A stretch of 64,000 nt of DNA. Origin: Porphyridium purpureum (Eukaryota). The stretch covers positions 248,001 to 312,000 of the forward strand of contig VRMN01000008.1 in NCBI GenBank assembly GCA_008690995.1, in the 5' to 3' direction. The position numbers and the translations under genes were made by a program. Under the pieces are notes generated by a model, which saw nothing but the letters and a program-made list of their open reading frames with translations, did no database searches and had not been told where the DNA came from. Below, one piece after another: positions 41,787-51,067 of the stretch (its first letter is position 1; the number at the start of each line of letters is the position of its first letter).

Positions 41787-42254
41787 ATGGATCGTTTGAA
41801 GGATGGGGTGGAGAAGGATGACGTGGACCGGTTGATTGGGTCGCTCGGAGAATACGAAATGGCCATTCCAGATGAGTTGGTGAACTACTACTTGATGCGC
41901 GCCGGATTCAAGACAGACGACGTGCGCGTGCAGCGCTTGATTGCGCTCGCCGTGCAAAAGCTGATGGCAGACGTGACAAACGACGCCTTGTCGCATAGCC
42001 GCTTGCGGCAGCAGGCGCAGCAGGGAGCAAAGACCACCGGTCGTCATGGCGCGGCCGCGGCCGGCGCCGACGCCAAGATGATGTTGACGTCGGACGATTT
42101 GCACAAGGCGCTTAGGGAGTATGGTGTGTCTATCAGAAAACCGCCGTATTATGCCGATCACGAACTGGCGGGCGTCCAAACGCCCCAGCCTGCCGCGCCT
42201 GTCGCGAAAAAGAATCAGGCTGCCGGCGCGTCCTCCGCGGCGGAGAAGAAGTGA
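41787..42254 (+). CDS. TAF10: Transcription initiation factor TFIID subunit 10
   Basis: IPDELVNYYL.RAGF.TDD.RV.RLIALAVQK..ADV.NDA and LT.DDL..ALREYG..IRKPPYY. Confidence 0.95.
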   Translation: MDRLKDGVEKDDVDRLIGSLGEYEMAIPDELVNYYLMRAGFKTDDVRVQRLIALAVQKLMADVTNDALSHSRLRQQAQQGAKTTGRHGAAAAGADAKMMLTSDDLHKALREYGVSIRKPPYYADHELAGVQTPQPAAPVAKKNQAAGASSAAEKK

Positions 42255-42421
42255 GCGCAGCTGGTCGCGAACATCTGCGTGACTGCATCGGTTCTACCTC
42301 CGAATGCGATGTCTCTAGGGTAGCTGTTTTCGCTTACCCTTGTACAGTATTGTGTGTGTTTGTGAGTATACTTTACATCTTTGGCCAATAGTATCGTCTC
42401 GAGGTTTCGAAAACCTCCAGA

Positions 42422-44047
42422 TCAGCGAGCAAACCGCGCCAGTGCACCTAACTCCTGCTTTGATGCGTCCATGTCTTGTCCATGACGCTTGCGCTCGCGC
42501 TCGTGCTTTTGCCGTTCCAGTTTCTCCCGCAGCGCAACCGAGCGTTCGTCAATGACATTCTTCTGCTTGCGTCTAATTTTCTTTGCAATTTTGTTCCGTC
42601 CACGCGCGCGGCTCTTCTCCGTTTTCTTTGCCAGTTTCGCTGCGTTCGCATCGGCTGCAGCTTGGCGCACCTCCATGAGCCGAGCTTTCGGATTCTTATC
42701 CACTTCACCCACAAATCCAGGGTTCAGTGCGATCGTTTCCGGACCCAGCTTGTCCAGCAACGAAGTCACTTCGCGCTCTCGCCGCTGCCGCTTTGTTTCA
42801 AATTGATTCGGAAGCCGGGAATCCCAATTCACCTCGCCCGCGCCCGGAACTATAAGTGAGGCGAACCCAGACGCGTGCCCGACCCCGAGAAAATCTTCGT
42901 AAGGACAGAACGCGAGCGATTCTACCGGGGAGGCCTCGAACAGGTGCTTCAAGTACGGAGGAGCTGTGCCGCCGGCTCCCTTTTCACCCAGCTGTATGTT
43001 GTGCGCCTGGTGCTGCCTTTTCTTGCTCCCCAATAAATTCCAAATCGTAACGTACGAGCCCATGCCCGCTGCAAGCAACCCGCTGTGCGACGTTGCAAGC
43101 ATGCTTGCGGGACGAAAGGACGAGAATTCATGCAGCGCTTTCCACATGCGAAGATCCCACACTTTAACACTGCCATCGTCGCCCGCAGTGGCCATGCAAT
43201 GGCCTTCTGGGAACACGGACACTGCGGAAACAGGACCCTTGTGGCACAATACCTTGGCCAGCGCTTGGCCCGCCGTGGGCGCCCAGATCGAGACCACGCC
43301 GTTCTGCTGCGCAACATGTATACAGCCATTGTAGGAATTGTGGCTCATGTCGCGCGGACGACCCGATTTCGTGCGCAATTCTGCAACAATCTCGCCGCTC
43401 GACGTATCCGAGTAGGTCAGCTTGCCTGAATCATTCACGCTCGCCAGCAGAAAATGATTGGGCAGGAAAGCAAGTCGAGAAGGATGGAGGTGCTGCTTCA
43501 TACAATGGAGCTCAACGCCGTTTGAGTCGTAGATGTAAACATACTTGCGCTGCGCCAGGGCAAAATAGTTGTGCGAGTGTAAGAAAATCCCGTGCCTCAC
43601 GGTTTCATTAAGAAACCGCTCGCATTCCATGGTTGCGTCCTTCCACTTGATCGTGGCGACATGTCCGAGCTGCCCGTAGACCAGTAGATGATTGCTGTTG
43701 CGGGAATAAGCCGCGCCATACGGCCCGAGCTTTGTGTCGGCCAGCTGCAACGCGAATTTTGCGCGGCGCGCGGTCTGGACGTCTGCGACCTGACGCAGCT
43801 GCTGCTGCGACACCTGCACCGTCCGTTCCAGCGGCGTCTCTGCCTCGATGAATCCTTGAGCATGTTCTGTGTCTTCCAAAAGCGCCGAACTGACCTGCGC
43901 GTTCCATTCGCGTGCGGCGCGGGCGCTTCGCGTTGCCGCGTCAAGGCGCCGCTTCAACCGCAAGTCCGCCACACCTTTGAGCTTCTTCCGAGTAAACGCC
44001 TCGCCCGCGAGCCGATCGGCCGCCGTATCTCCAACACGCCCCTCCAT
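42422..44047 (-). CDS. UTP7: WDR46/Utp7 (BING4), U3 snoRNP-associated protein
   Basis: GPY...YSRN, AQRKYVYIYD..GVELHC, FLP.HFLLAS, FCPYEDFLGVGH, VPGAGE.NWD, ETKRQRREREV.SLLDKL. ATG at 44047. Confidence 0.95.
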   Translation of the reverse strand: MEGRVGDTAADRLAGEAFTRKKLKGVADLRLKRRLDAATRSARAAREWNAQVSSALLEDTEHAQGFIEAETPLERTVQVSQQQLRQVADVQTARRAKFALQLADTKLGPYGAAYSRNSNHLLVYGQLGHVATIKWKDATMECERFLNETVRHGIFLHSHNYFALAQRKYVYIYDSNGVELHCMKQHLHPSRLAFLPNHFLLASVNDSGKLTYSDTSSGEIVAELRTKSGRPRDMSHNSYNGCIHVAQQNGVVSIWAPTAGQALAKVLCHKGPVSAVSVFPEGHCMATAGDDGSVKVWDLRMWKALHEFSSFRPASMLATSHSGLLAAGMGSYVTIWNLLGSKKRQHQAHNIQLGEKGAGGTAPPYLKHLFEASPVESLAFCPYEDFLGVGHASGFASLIVPGAGEVNWDSRLPNQFETKRQRREREVTSLLDKLGPETIALNPGFVGEVDKNPKARLMEVRQAAADANAAKLAKKTEKSRARGRNKIAKKIRRKQKNVIDERSVALREKLERQKHERERKRHGQDMDASKQELGALARFAR

Positions 44048-45144
44048 TCCCACCGCCACAACAACCGCGCGAATGCTCGCGGCGACCACTCCGTGCTCGA
44101 CGCGTTGCGTGCCCGACTCGACTGCCCCCCGCGCGCGGGCCGCGAACAAACTCGGTTCGGACGGCGCACAACCAATAAACCGTTTGGACCGTTTGGTTCA
44201 GGATGACGCTGCGGACGTGCGGCGCGTCAAAGGGTGAAGTGGCTGGTGGTCACCGTGCGGCTGTGGTCATGAGAACGTGCGCTTGTCGCGCGCCATGGGA
44301 TTCTTCCGTACATCCGCTCTGCACTGGACCTCCGCTGATGACCAGAAAGATGCCAGGGCTTGCTTCGATAAATGCCTGTGTGCTCCTTCCGGAGGTTGCG
44401 ACGAGAGCCAGCTATTCCGTGACCCCAGTGGCCAGACAGCGGACCAACCAACTTTTTATTCTCGTGCAGTGTTTCAGACATGATGAATAAGCGCACGCAT
44501 GTTTCTGAAAGGGAGGAGGAGAAGGTGGGATTTCAAATGGTGGTCTCACGCAGAATTCAATTGTCATGGACCGCTTCAGACACGGACGGAGGAATACCAA
44601 ACCGACGCATCCTTTTCACAAGAGCACGCAGGTTCGGCCAGCCCATCGAGTTTGCGATGCCGCCGACACACCAATCGAACTCAATGGCGGCTCGCCACCA
44701 TACCGACACAAACCACACCGAGGGATCCAGCACCAGCGCCACCACCACCACTACCTCTTCGCGTTCTTCCGCAAACGAGTGTCGATCCCGTGCCGCGCAT
44801 GCCCGTTTCAGCGTTTTCAAATCCTATCCAGTTGAGCTGTTTTACATCATAATTACGTGAGTCTAATAAATTGAGCGGCCACATTATGAACGCGTCTGAT
44901 GTCCATCAACTATAAAAATGGCATGTTTTACTAGGATTTCAAGGCAAGCATACTAAACTGACTCGGCGCTTTGAATAAAAAGTTGAAGAGGACGCAAAGT
45001 AGCCGCAGCCTGTGTGTGCTTGGGCGCTTTGTTGTTATTGTTGTGAATGGTGATGGACAAGAGACAGGACGGGTTGTAGACAGAGATACAGATCAGGCAG
45101 CATTGTCCTGACGCCGCGCGACGTGCGGTCACAAGCGTGCAAAG

Positions 45145-46416
45145 ATGTATAAAAAAGATCTGACTCAGAGCAAGACACGGCTGGTGCTCAAAACACAGCA
45201 GACCGGGACAGAAAGTGAGCTTGGAGCACGCGCCGTGCCGCTCAAGCCCGCGCCAGCCACCCGGGGATGGTTGGTCGCGAAGAAAAAGACGGTCGAATGC
45301 GGGCCTGCGTCAAAGGCAAGAGAGAAGGACGGGTGGGTACCGCTCAGGAAGGAGCATATCTCTCATCAGCGCGTGCAAAGCGTCTTTGCGACCCCAGTCA
45401 AACGCGCTTCGCACGCCAAAACGATCCAGCGGTCGCCCACCATTAGGATTTGCGAGGCAGCTGATGCACACGAGGTTGAAATCGACGGAGGCGAGAATGT
45501 AGGCCCTGACGACGATCGTGGGCACACCCCAACCAGAACAAAAAGGCAGCGCTTCGATCATGCGCTCCACGAGCGGTCGGCGAACATCCGCTCGAGTCTG
45601 ATTGCTCAGACCATGAAAAAGCTGCGCACAAGTCCGAGGAGGCAAGCGCGCGTAGAGGAGCTCGCACCTGGGGATAAAGAGGATCAAGAGCAACGCACAC
45701 AATGCAGAGACGATCGCACAAATACTAGCATGGGAATGCCGAGCGGTAGAACGAATGATCCTGAGCCGAAATCACACGCGAGAGGTCCACATTCGATAGA
45801 GAGGCCGACTCGCGGGCGCGAAACGAACGCTCATGATGCCATTCGGTGCAGCAACGATGTTCGTGTGCGATTATGGGACGTGCTGGAGATGTCCGCAGCT
45901 GAACAAGATGAGGAAATCGAGTTTGAGGCAAGTGCGTTTCCCATGACGCAGAGCACAGTTGTATATAGGCGGCAGGGGGCAGAATTGATGTGGATGGAGG
46001 CATCATCGAGCAGCAGGGCGCCGACAACGAGTACGCGAGGAGAGGACAGGCACAAGCAAAGCGAGGACAACTTGTCCAGTCGCCGACGCTTCTCTTCTCC
46101 TCTCGCGTACAGCACGGAAGAACCCGCAGAAAGCCATGCGCCCGCGCAACACAGTCTTCAAAGCCCGGTCGAAAGCAACAGCCAGCGCCAGACGCTCACC
46201 CAGTGCCCGCGCGCATTGAATGCATTGAATGTGCTTCGGCGCGCACACAACCCTTCTGTTCATCGCCGGCTGCTGCAGCGTGCGCATCAGCACCTGTCCA
46301 GCACGTCCATGCTGCTCGACAAGGACGACGACTACGGAGAAGAGGACCAGGAGGTGCTGTCATGGTACGAGCAGGTCGAAGCGCAGCAGTATCAGAACAA
46401 GCTTCAGCTGTCCTAA
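45145..46416 (+). CDS. Hypothetical intrinsically disordered protein
   Basis: 423-aa ATG-initiated ORF, hydrophilic, with basic NLS-like patches and no recognisable domain. Confidence 0.6.
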   Translation: MYKKDLTQSKTRLVLKTQQTGTESELGARAVPLKPAPATRGWLVAKKKTVECGPASKAREKDGWVPLRKEHISHQRVQSVFATPVKRASHAKTIQRSPTIRICEAADAHEVEIDGGENVGPDDDRGHTPTRTKRQRFDHALHERSANIRSSLIAQTMKKLRTSPRRQARVEELAPGDKEDQEQRTQCRDDRTNTSMGMPSGRTNDPEPKSHARGPHSIERPTRGRETNAHDAIRCSNDVRVRLWDVLEMSAAEQDEEIEFEASAFPMTQSTVVYRRQGAELMWMEASSSSRAPTTSTRGEDRHKQSEDNLSSRRRFSSPLAYSTEEPAESHAPAQHSLQSPVESNSQRQTLTQCPRALNALNVLRRAHNPSVHRRLLQRAHQHLSSTSMLLDKDDDYGEEDQEVLSWYEQVEAQQYQNKLQLS

Positions 46417-46691
46417 TAACAGCTGCACGCACAACCACACTCACGAACTCGCCCGGGCGCGCTGATTCTTGAAACCATTCCTTGGTCGGGTACAGCTTAC
46501 TGTACCTACCTCGGCAATTTCCAAGTTTCAAATTTATTTTTTTCAAACGCCAAGTTCATAAGTAGCCAACCGCAATTTATCATTTTGGACGGTAGGCGAC
46601 GCATTTCTGGCTTGAGGCTTGCCGGAGGACAGAGAGAAAGGGAGAACGAGGGAGGCAGTGAAGCAGAGAGGCGTGTGTGTGTGTTTCAAGG

Positions 46692-48713
46692 ATGGACGTG
46701 ACAGGGTCCGAGCGCACCGAAGAGCCAAATGCTGGTGAAGGCATGGCGCAGTCGGTACGTGAGTATGAGGTTCTCCTGGCACAGTTCCAGAGCGGGCAAA
46801 CCACGCCGAGTCTGGGCTTTCTGGAGCGGGTGCTGAATGAGCTGAAAGGCTCGGCCGCGGAAGTCGAACGTCTGCGGCGCCAGGTTTCAGACTTGCGCCG
46901 CATCGATGCCGAGATGCGTCTTCGGAGTCAGTCGCCACTGGCTGTGTCGTCCGCGGGCGGCTCGAGGAGGACGTCCGGGGATCGTGAGGACCTAAGCGTC
47001 GAGCCCGAGTTCGGGGCGCAGCGTGAAAGTGCGCTCGCCGCGGCGCTGCAGGAGATCGAAAGAATGTCGCAGATGATGAGCGTATGGAGTTTGAAGATGC
47101 AGGAGGTGCTATTTCAGCAAACACCGAATCTGCCACCTGGACCGTCATCGGACGCGAACGACGAAAACAAAAGTGAGCAATTGAATCAGTTCTCTGAGCT
47201 TTTGGATATTTTGCTAGAGGAGCGGCGCCTATCTCATCTCAGAACACAGGGCTTACGAGCCGCGGGGTACGAGCTGGAGGAACCCGGCGGTGGGAGCTCG
47301 GAAGCGTATAATGAATTAGCGGCTCGACGAGAGGAAAGTCTTCGGTTAGAGCTTGAGCAGGTCAAAGCTCGAGCAGCACAATTGGAGCAAAGTTTGCAAG
47401 AATCCGAGGTGCGCGAACGAAGAATGCTGTCAGAGACTTTGGCTGCGAATCTTGCCCAAGAAGTCCAGGCGAATGAACGTCTTGCGGAACGAGAGGCCGA
47501 GTTGCAAGAGAGGTTAGAACAAGCCAACGTGCGCGAATCAGACTTGAGAGCAGAACTTGAAGCAGCGCACCAAAGTCAGGATGAGACGAATGCCTTGCTT
47601 GAGGCTCGAGAGACCGAGCTCGAGGAGACGGTTGAGCAAGCAGAGAAGCGTGAAGATGAACTGCTAGCACAGATAGACGGATTGATTCAGGCACGTGACG
47701 GATCGAACCGTCAACTTGCATCCCGCGTGGTAGAGCTTGAGGAAAAACTGAGGCAAGCAGAGGCACGCGAGGCTGACCGCTCTGCACAGATGAGCGCGGC
47801 GAGCCGGGCACATGACGAGTTGAGTGCAAGATATGATTCATTGATGGGTGTGCTAGAGTCACGACAGAACGCACCGGCTCCTTCTACAACAACTGGCGCG
47901 TCTCCTGCAGGCTCGATGACCAACGAAATCGTTTCGTATCTGTCAAAGCGCGTGCGCGAGCTCGAAGAGGAGACTGTTGCATTGAATGGTCAGAAAGCTG
48001 AAGCGTTGGAAGCGTACGAATCGCTTGAGGAAATTATGCGTGGAATTCGTACAAAAGTGGCCTTGGGTGAGGTGTGGATTGAAAAGCAGACCGAGATGGA
48101 GGCACGCATCGAGGAGCTTCGCGCCGGAAACGCGCGATACGAGCGGTTGCTGGAAGATGCACGCAGTGATGCGCGAAAGAATTCGCAAGAGCTGGCGCTC
48201 TTGCGCGAGCAGGTGACGATGGCACTGGTCCGGGAACGTGAGCTGCGTCTCGTAAGTGAGCAGCGACGACAGTCGCTAGAATCTATGGATGAAGAGCGCG
48301 TCAGGTTGAAGGAATACTTGGTCCGCTACGAGAATGAGCTTCGATCAAGGGACAAGAAGGTTGTGGAACTCGGCCGGATCTATGAGCGCAACGAAAAAGA
48401 ACTTCGGATGGCGCGACGCGCGGCGGTGGATCGTGAGCGACTGCTTGGTGAGGTCGAAAAGCTGCGCGCGGAAAATCAGCATGTACATCAACTACGAGCA
48501 GTCAAGGAAAGTCTCGAGCAGAACGTCGAGGCGTTGCAGGCATCGCTTATGGTGCTTCGGCGTGAAGCGACTGCGAACGCGATGTATCAGAGCAGGCTCG
48601 AGCGCACACTAGCACGGATGCGAGAAGGCAATGCCGGACATCGATCGAAAAGTTCGAGTGATGAGCAGGCGCACCTAAGGCAGCAGCAGCAAAGCGTCGC
48701 GTCTGCAGGATGA
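46692..48713 (+). CDS. Long coiled-coil protein
   Basis: 673-aa ORF from ATG 46692 with an E/R/L/Q/A-rich heptad pattern and internal repeats of about 39 aa (REAELQERLEQA / RETELEETVEQA / RVVELEEKLRQA). Confidence 0.82.
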   Translation: MDVTGSERTEEPNAGEGMAQSVREYEVLLAQFQSGQTTPSLGFLERVLNELKGSAAEVERLRRQVSDLRRIDAEMRLRSQSPLAVSSAGGSRRTSGDREDLSVEPEFGAQRESALAAALQEIERMSQMMSVWSLKMQEVLFQQTPNLPPGPSSDANDENKSEQLNQFSELLDILLEERRLSHLRTQGLRAAGYELEEPGGGSSEAYNELAARREESLRLELEQVKARAAQLEQSLQESEVRERRMLSETLAANLAQEVQANERLAEREAELQERLEQANVRESDLRAELEAAHQSQDETNALLEARETELEETVEQAEKREDELLAQIDGLIQARDGSNRQLASRVVELEEKLRQAEAREADRSAQMSAASRAHDELSARYDSLMGVLESRQNAPAPSTTTGASPAGSMTNEIVSYLSKRVRELEEETVALNGQKAEALEAYESLEEIMRGIRTKVALGEVWIEKQTEMEARIEELRAGNARYERLLEDARSDARKNSQELALLREQVTMALVRERELRLVSEQRRQSLESMDEERVRLKEYLVRYENELRSRDKKVVELGRIYERNEKELRMARRAAVDRERLLGEVEKLRAENQHVHQLRAVKESLEQNVEALQASLMVLRREATANAMYQSRLERTLARMREGNAGHRSKSSSDEQAHLRQQQQSVASAG

Positions 48714-48834
48714 GGGTGGGACGGGTTTGGCGGAAGCTTTACTTTTGTTTCCTCGTTCTCGGCGGTCTGAGTCTGCGGCGAATGCAGGGCATACAGAAGG
48801 CACGATAGAGGACCGACAGTTCGGCAATGCTCAT

Positions 48835-49581
48835 TCATAGCCTGTGCAGTGTTAAATAAACCGCGAGCGGTTGAGTCAGATTGTCGAGTCCTAGCGAGAA
48901 AGTTCCTTCAGCCAGCATGCTTGCGAGCGACACCAGCAAGAGCTGTACCAGCGAGACGCGCTGCTTGGTCCAGAAGGATGCCAGTAATATCGCGATTGCA
49001 GAGAGACAGAAACAAACGACACTCCCGACCAGCGTCTTGGTGCCGCGGCCCACCGGAGCGCGGTACGCGGGTGTGAAGCGCGCACAGAGTGTGCCAGCAA
49101 TTGCGGCCAGGCCATCGGCGAGCGAGAGCGTCAGCACCATGCTCACGCCAATAAACGTGTTCCTGCTCTCGATCGCGTCGTCCATAACCCAAAAGGAAAA
49201 TAGCAGCGCGACCGGAAAATACACCACGCCGGCCGTTCCAGGACTGGATTTTCCCCTTGCGTTTTCCGGTGGCTGGTGCGTCTTGACCTCCCCGTCATCG
49301 AGCGAATCCATCCGTGTGAAGAAAAATAAGTAGCAATTACAGAGGAGGACAAAGATCATCAACCCAACCAACACGACTCTGCGAACGCCGAAATACATGA
49401 GCGCGAGCGGCTGCAGCGACGCAAAGATGTGCATATACTTTCGTACAAACTGCGGATGCAACTTGGCGCCTCTGCTCCCACGCCTCTTGCTCATAGCCTC
49501 TGCCGAGAGCACCATACACGCCGAGAGCGCGATGTGCACCAGCAGTGGAACCACCACCTGCTGCCACGTGACGGACTCCAT
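48835..49581 (-). CDS. CTP-dependent phytol/farnesol/dolichol kinase-family membrane protein
   Basis: RKYMHI, G..YFP, ADGLAAIAG, KTLVGS..CF, E..S.GLDNL..P; multiple TM helices; no transit peptide. Confidence 0.85.
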   Translation of the reverse strand: MESVTWQQVVVPLLVHIALSACMVLSAEAMSKRRGSRGAKLHPQFVRKYMHIFASLQPLALMYFGVRRVVLVGLMIFVLLCNCYLFFFTRMDSLDDGEVKTHQPPENARGKSSPGTAGVVYFPVALLFSFWVMDDAIESRNTFIGVSMVLTLSLADGLAAIAGTLCARFTPAYRAPVGRGTKTLVGSVVCFCLSAIAILLASFWTKQRVSLVQLLLVSLASMLAEGTFSLGLDNLTQPLAVYLTLHRL

Positions 49582-51067
49582 AACCTACACGATCCCGCGC
49601 CGCGCGTATCGCTGCTCTTCTTCTTCTTCTTCTGCTTGTCTCGTTCTCCTTCTGGCCTGTGTACATATTCTAGATGTTGCGGCCGCGACGGCTGCAAACG
49701 CGGTCTAGAGCTACAAATGCACCGCAACAGCGCATCCATGCGACTTGCACAAACGGTAGCCAAGTCGTCCGCAGCACCGAATTTCGATTTCTGCGGCTGC
49801 TCCTCTTGCTCTCTCTCAGCACGCTTCCTACCAAGACTGTACCCCGGAGTTTATAGTAAGGCTGCCTATTTTGCTATAAACGTTGCTCCGACGCTCGCTG
49901 ACAACGCGCGCCCGAAGTGGCGCTGCTGATTGGGAGAAATCGGGACCGGCTCACCCGCGCGAGTGGTGAATGGCGTGCACGGGACCGCTGATTGCAAGCC
50001 ACACGATACACGCCTTGTGGTTCGGTCCGGCTGTCAGCTGGCCTGTTGGTTGGTCGGATGGACCAGATCAAAAATAGAACGCCGGTGCCTTCTCAGCACA
50101 GTCATCCTGCTCGCGCGTGCGTGTTCCGCGCGATCTCGAGAACAACAAGATACCGGGATGAGTGGACTTGCGGTCCGTGCGTCTCGGGGCGTTCGTGACG
50201 TGGCATTTGCCGTGAGAGTCGTTTGCTGCGAAGAATGGAGAAGGAACAGCGTAGCAGGCTGAGAGAGAGAGAGTGCATGCACACGGTCGTGTTTCCGAAC
50301 AAGACCGAGGGTCCCTGGTCCACTTCGGGATCCATCACGTTGACAGTTTGTACAAGTCTTTGCCGCATCCGTTGCGAAGTCAATTATTCGTACATACAAC
50401 GGAGGACGGCTCACCATATCGACGACAATTACTGTATTGTGCTGCGCGAAACGGAGCCACCTGATGGACTGGCGAGGACATTATGCTGAACCGTGCACCC
50501 AAACGCCACGCCGATTCTCTTTCACTTTCCTCTTGACATAATATGCAAACTGGCAGAAGAATTCCCATCATTCCTTAGAAGTCTCACAATATCCAATTGC
50601 GAGTCCGTGTGTGCTGGCGTGACAGCACTGGAGTCGCAGAAACTTGGAGAGTTAAATGCGACAAAAGAAAAGTAGAAGCATATGAGCGAAGCCTGTCTAG
50701 TTGAATCCATCATGACTCATTGAGAGCTAGTCCTTTTCCTCACCAGACCAGCGCGGTACGCGTGACCAGACCGCAGCCGGTCCGTTCTGTTCCGTCGGTA
50801 AGCTACAGGCAGATATCTTCCTGGGCTCTAACCCGTAACCGTGGTGACGCAGCCCGTGCGACACGGTGCGCTCCTGTTCGCCCACTGTACTTTTCATATC
50901 AAAGAAGACGACTGTCGTATGCTTTCATCCAAAGTTAGCGGTGCAAGCCTTTTGATTCTTGAGAAGCAGAGACCAAGAGACCGAGACAACTATCGAGCAT
51001 TGATCGCACGGCGGCAGTATCGTCATCTCCGCTGCTGTCATCATTCGGCAGCCTCGTTGACTTTCCC

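Noticed and set aside
41304..42179. 292-codon N-terminal extension of the decarboxylase ORF, antisense to TAF10
   Set aside because: No family similarity and it overlaps the clear TAF10 gene; open antisense frames are common at this GC content.
44294..44483. Small ORF with CFDKC, resembling small Tim chaperones
   Set aside because: Only one CX3C; the second motif and the helical pattern are absent.
44472..44510. Box C (ATGATGA) and box D (CTGA) suggesting a C/D snoRNA
   Set aside because: The boxes are only about 20 nt apart and lie within a simple hairpin; too short, with no guide sequence recognised.
36018..46710. UTP5 and the coiled-coil gene both start MDVTGS
   Set aside because: Similarity stops after six codons and the synonymous sites differ; coincidence.
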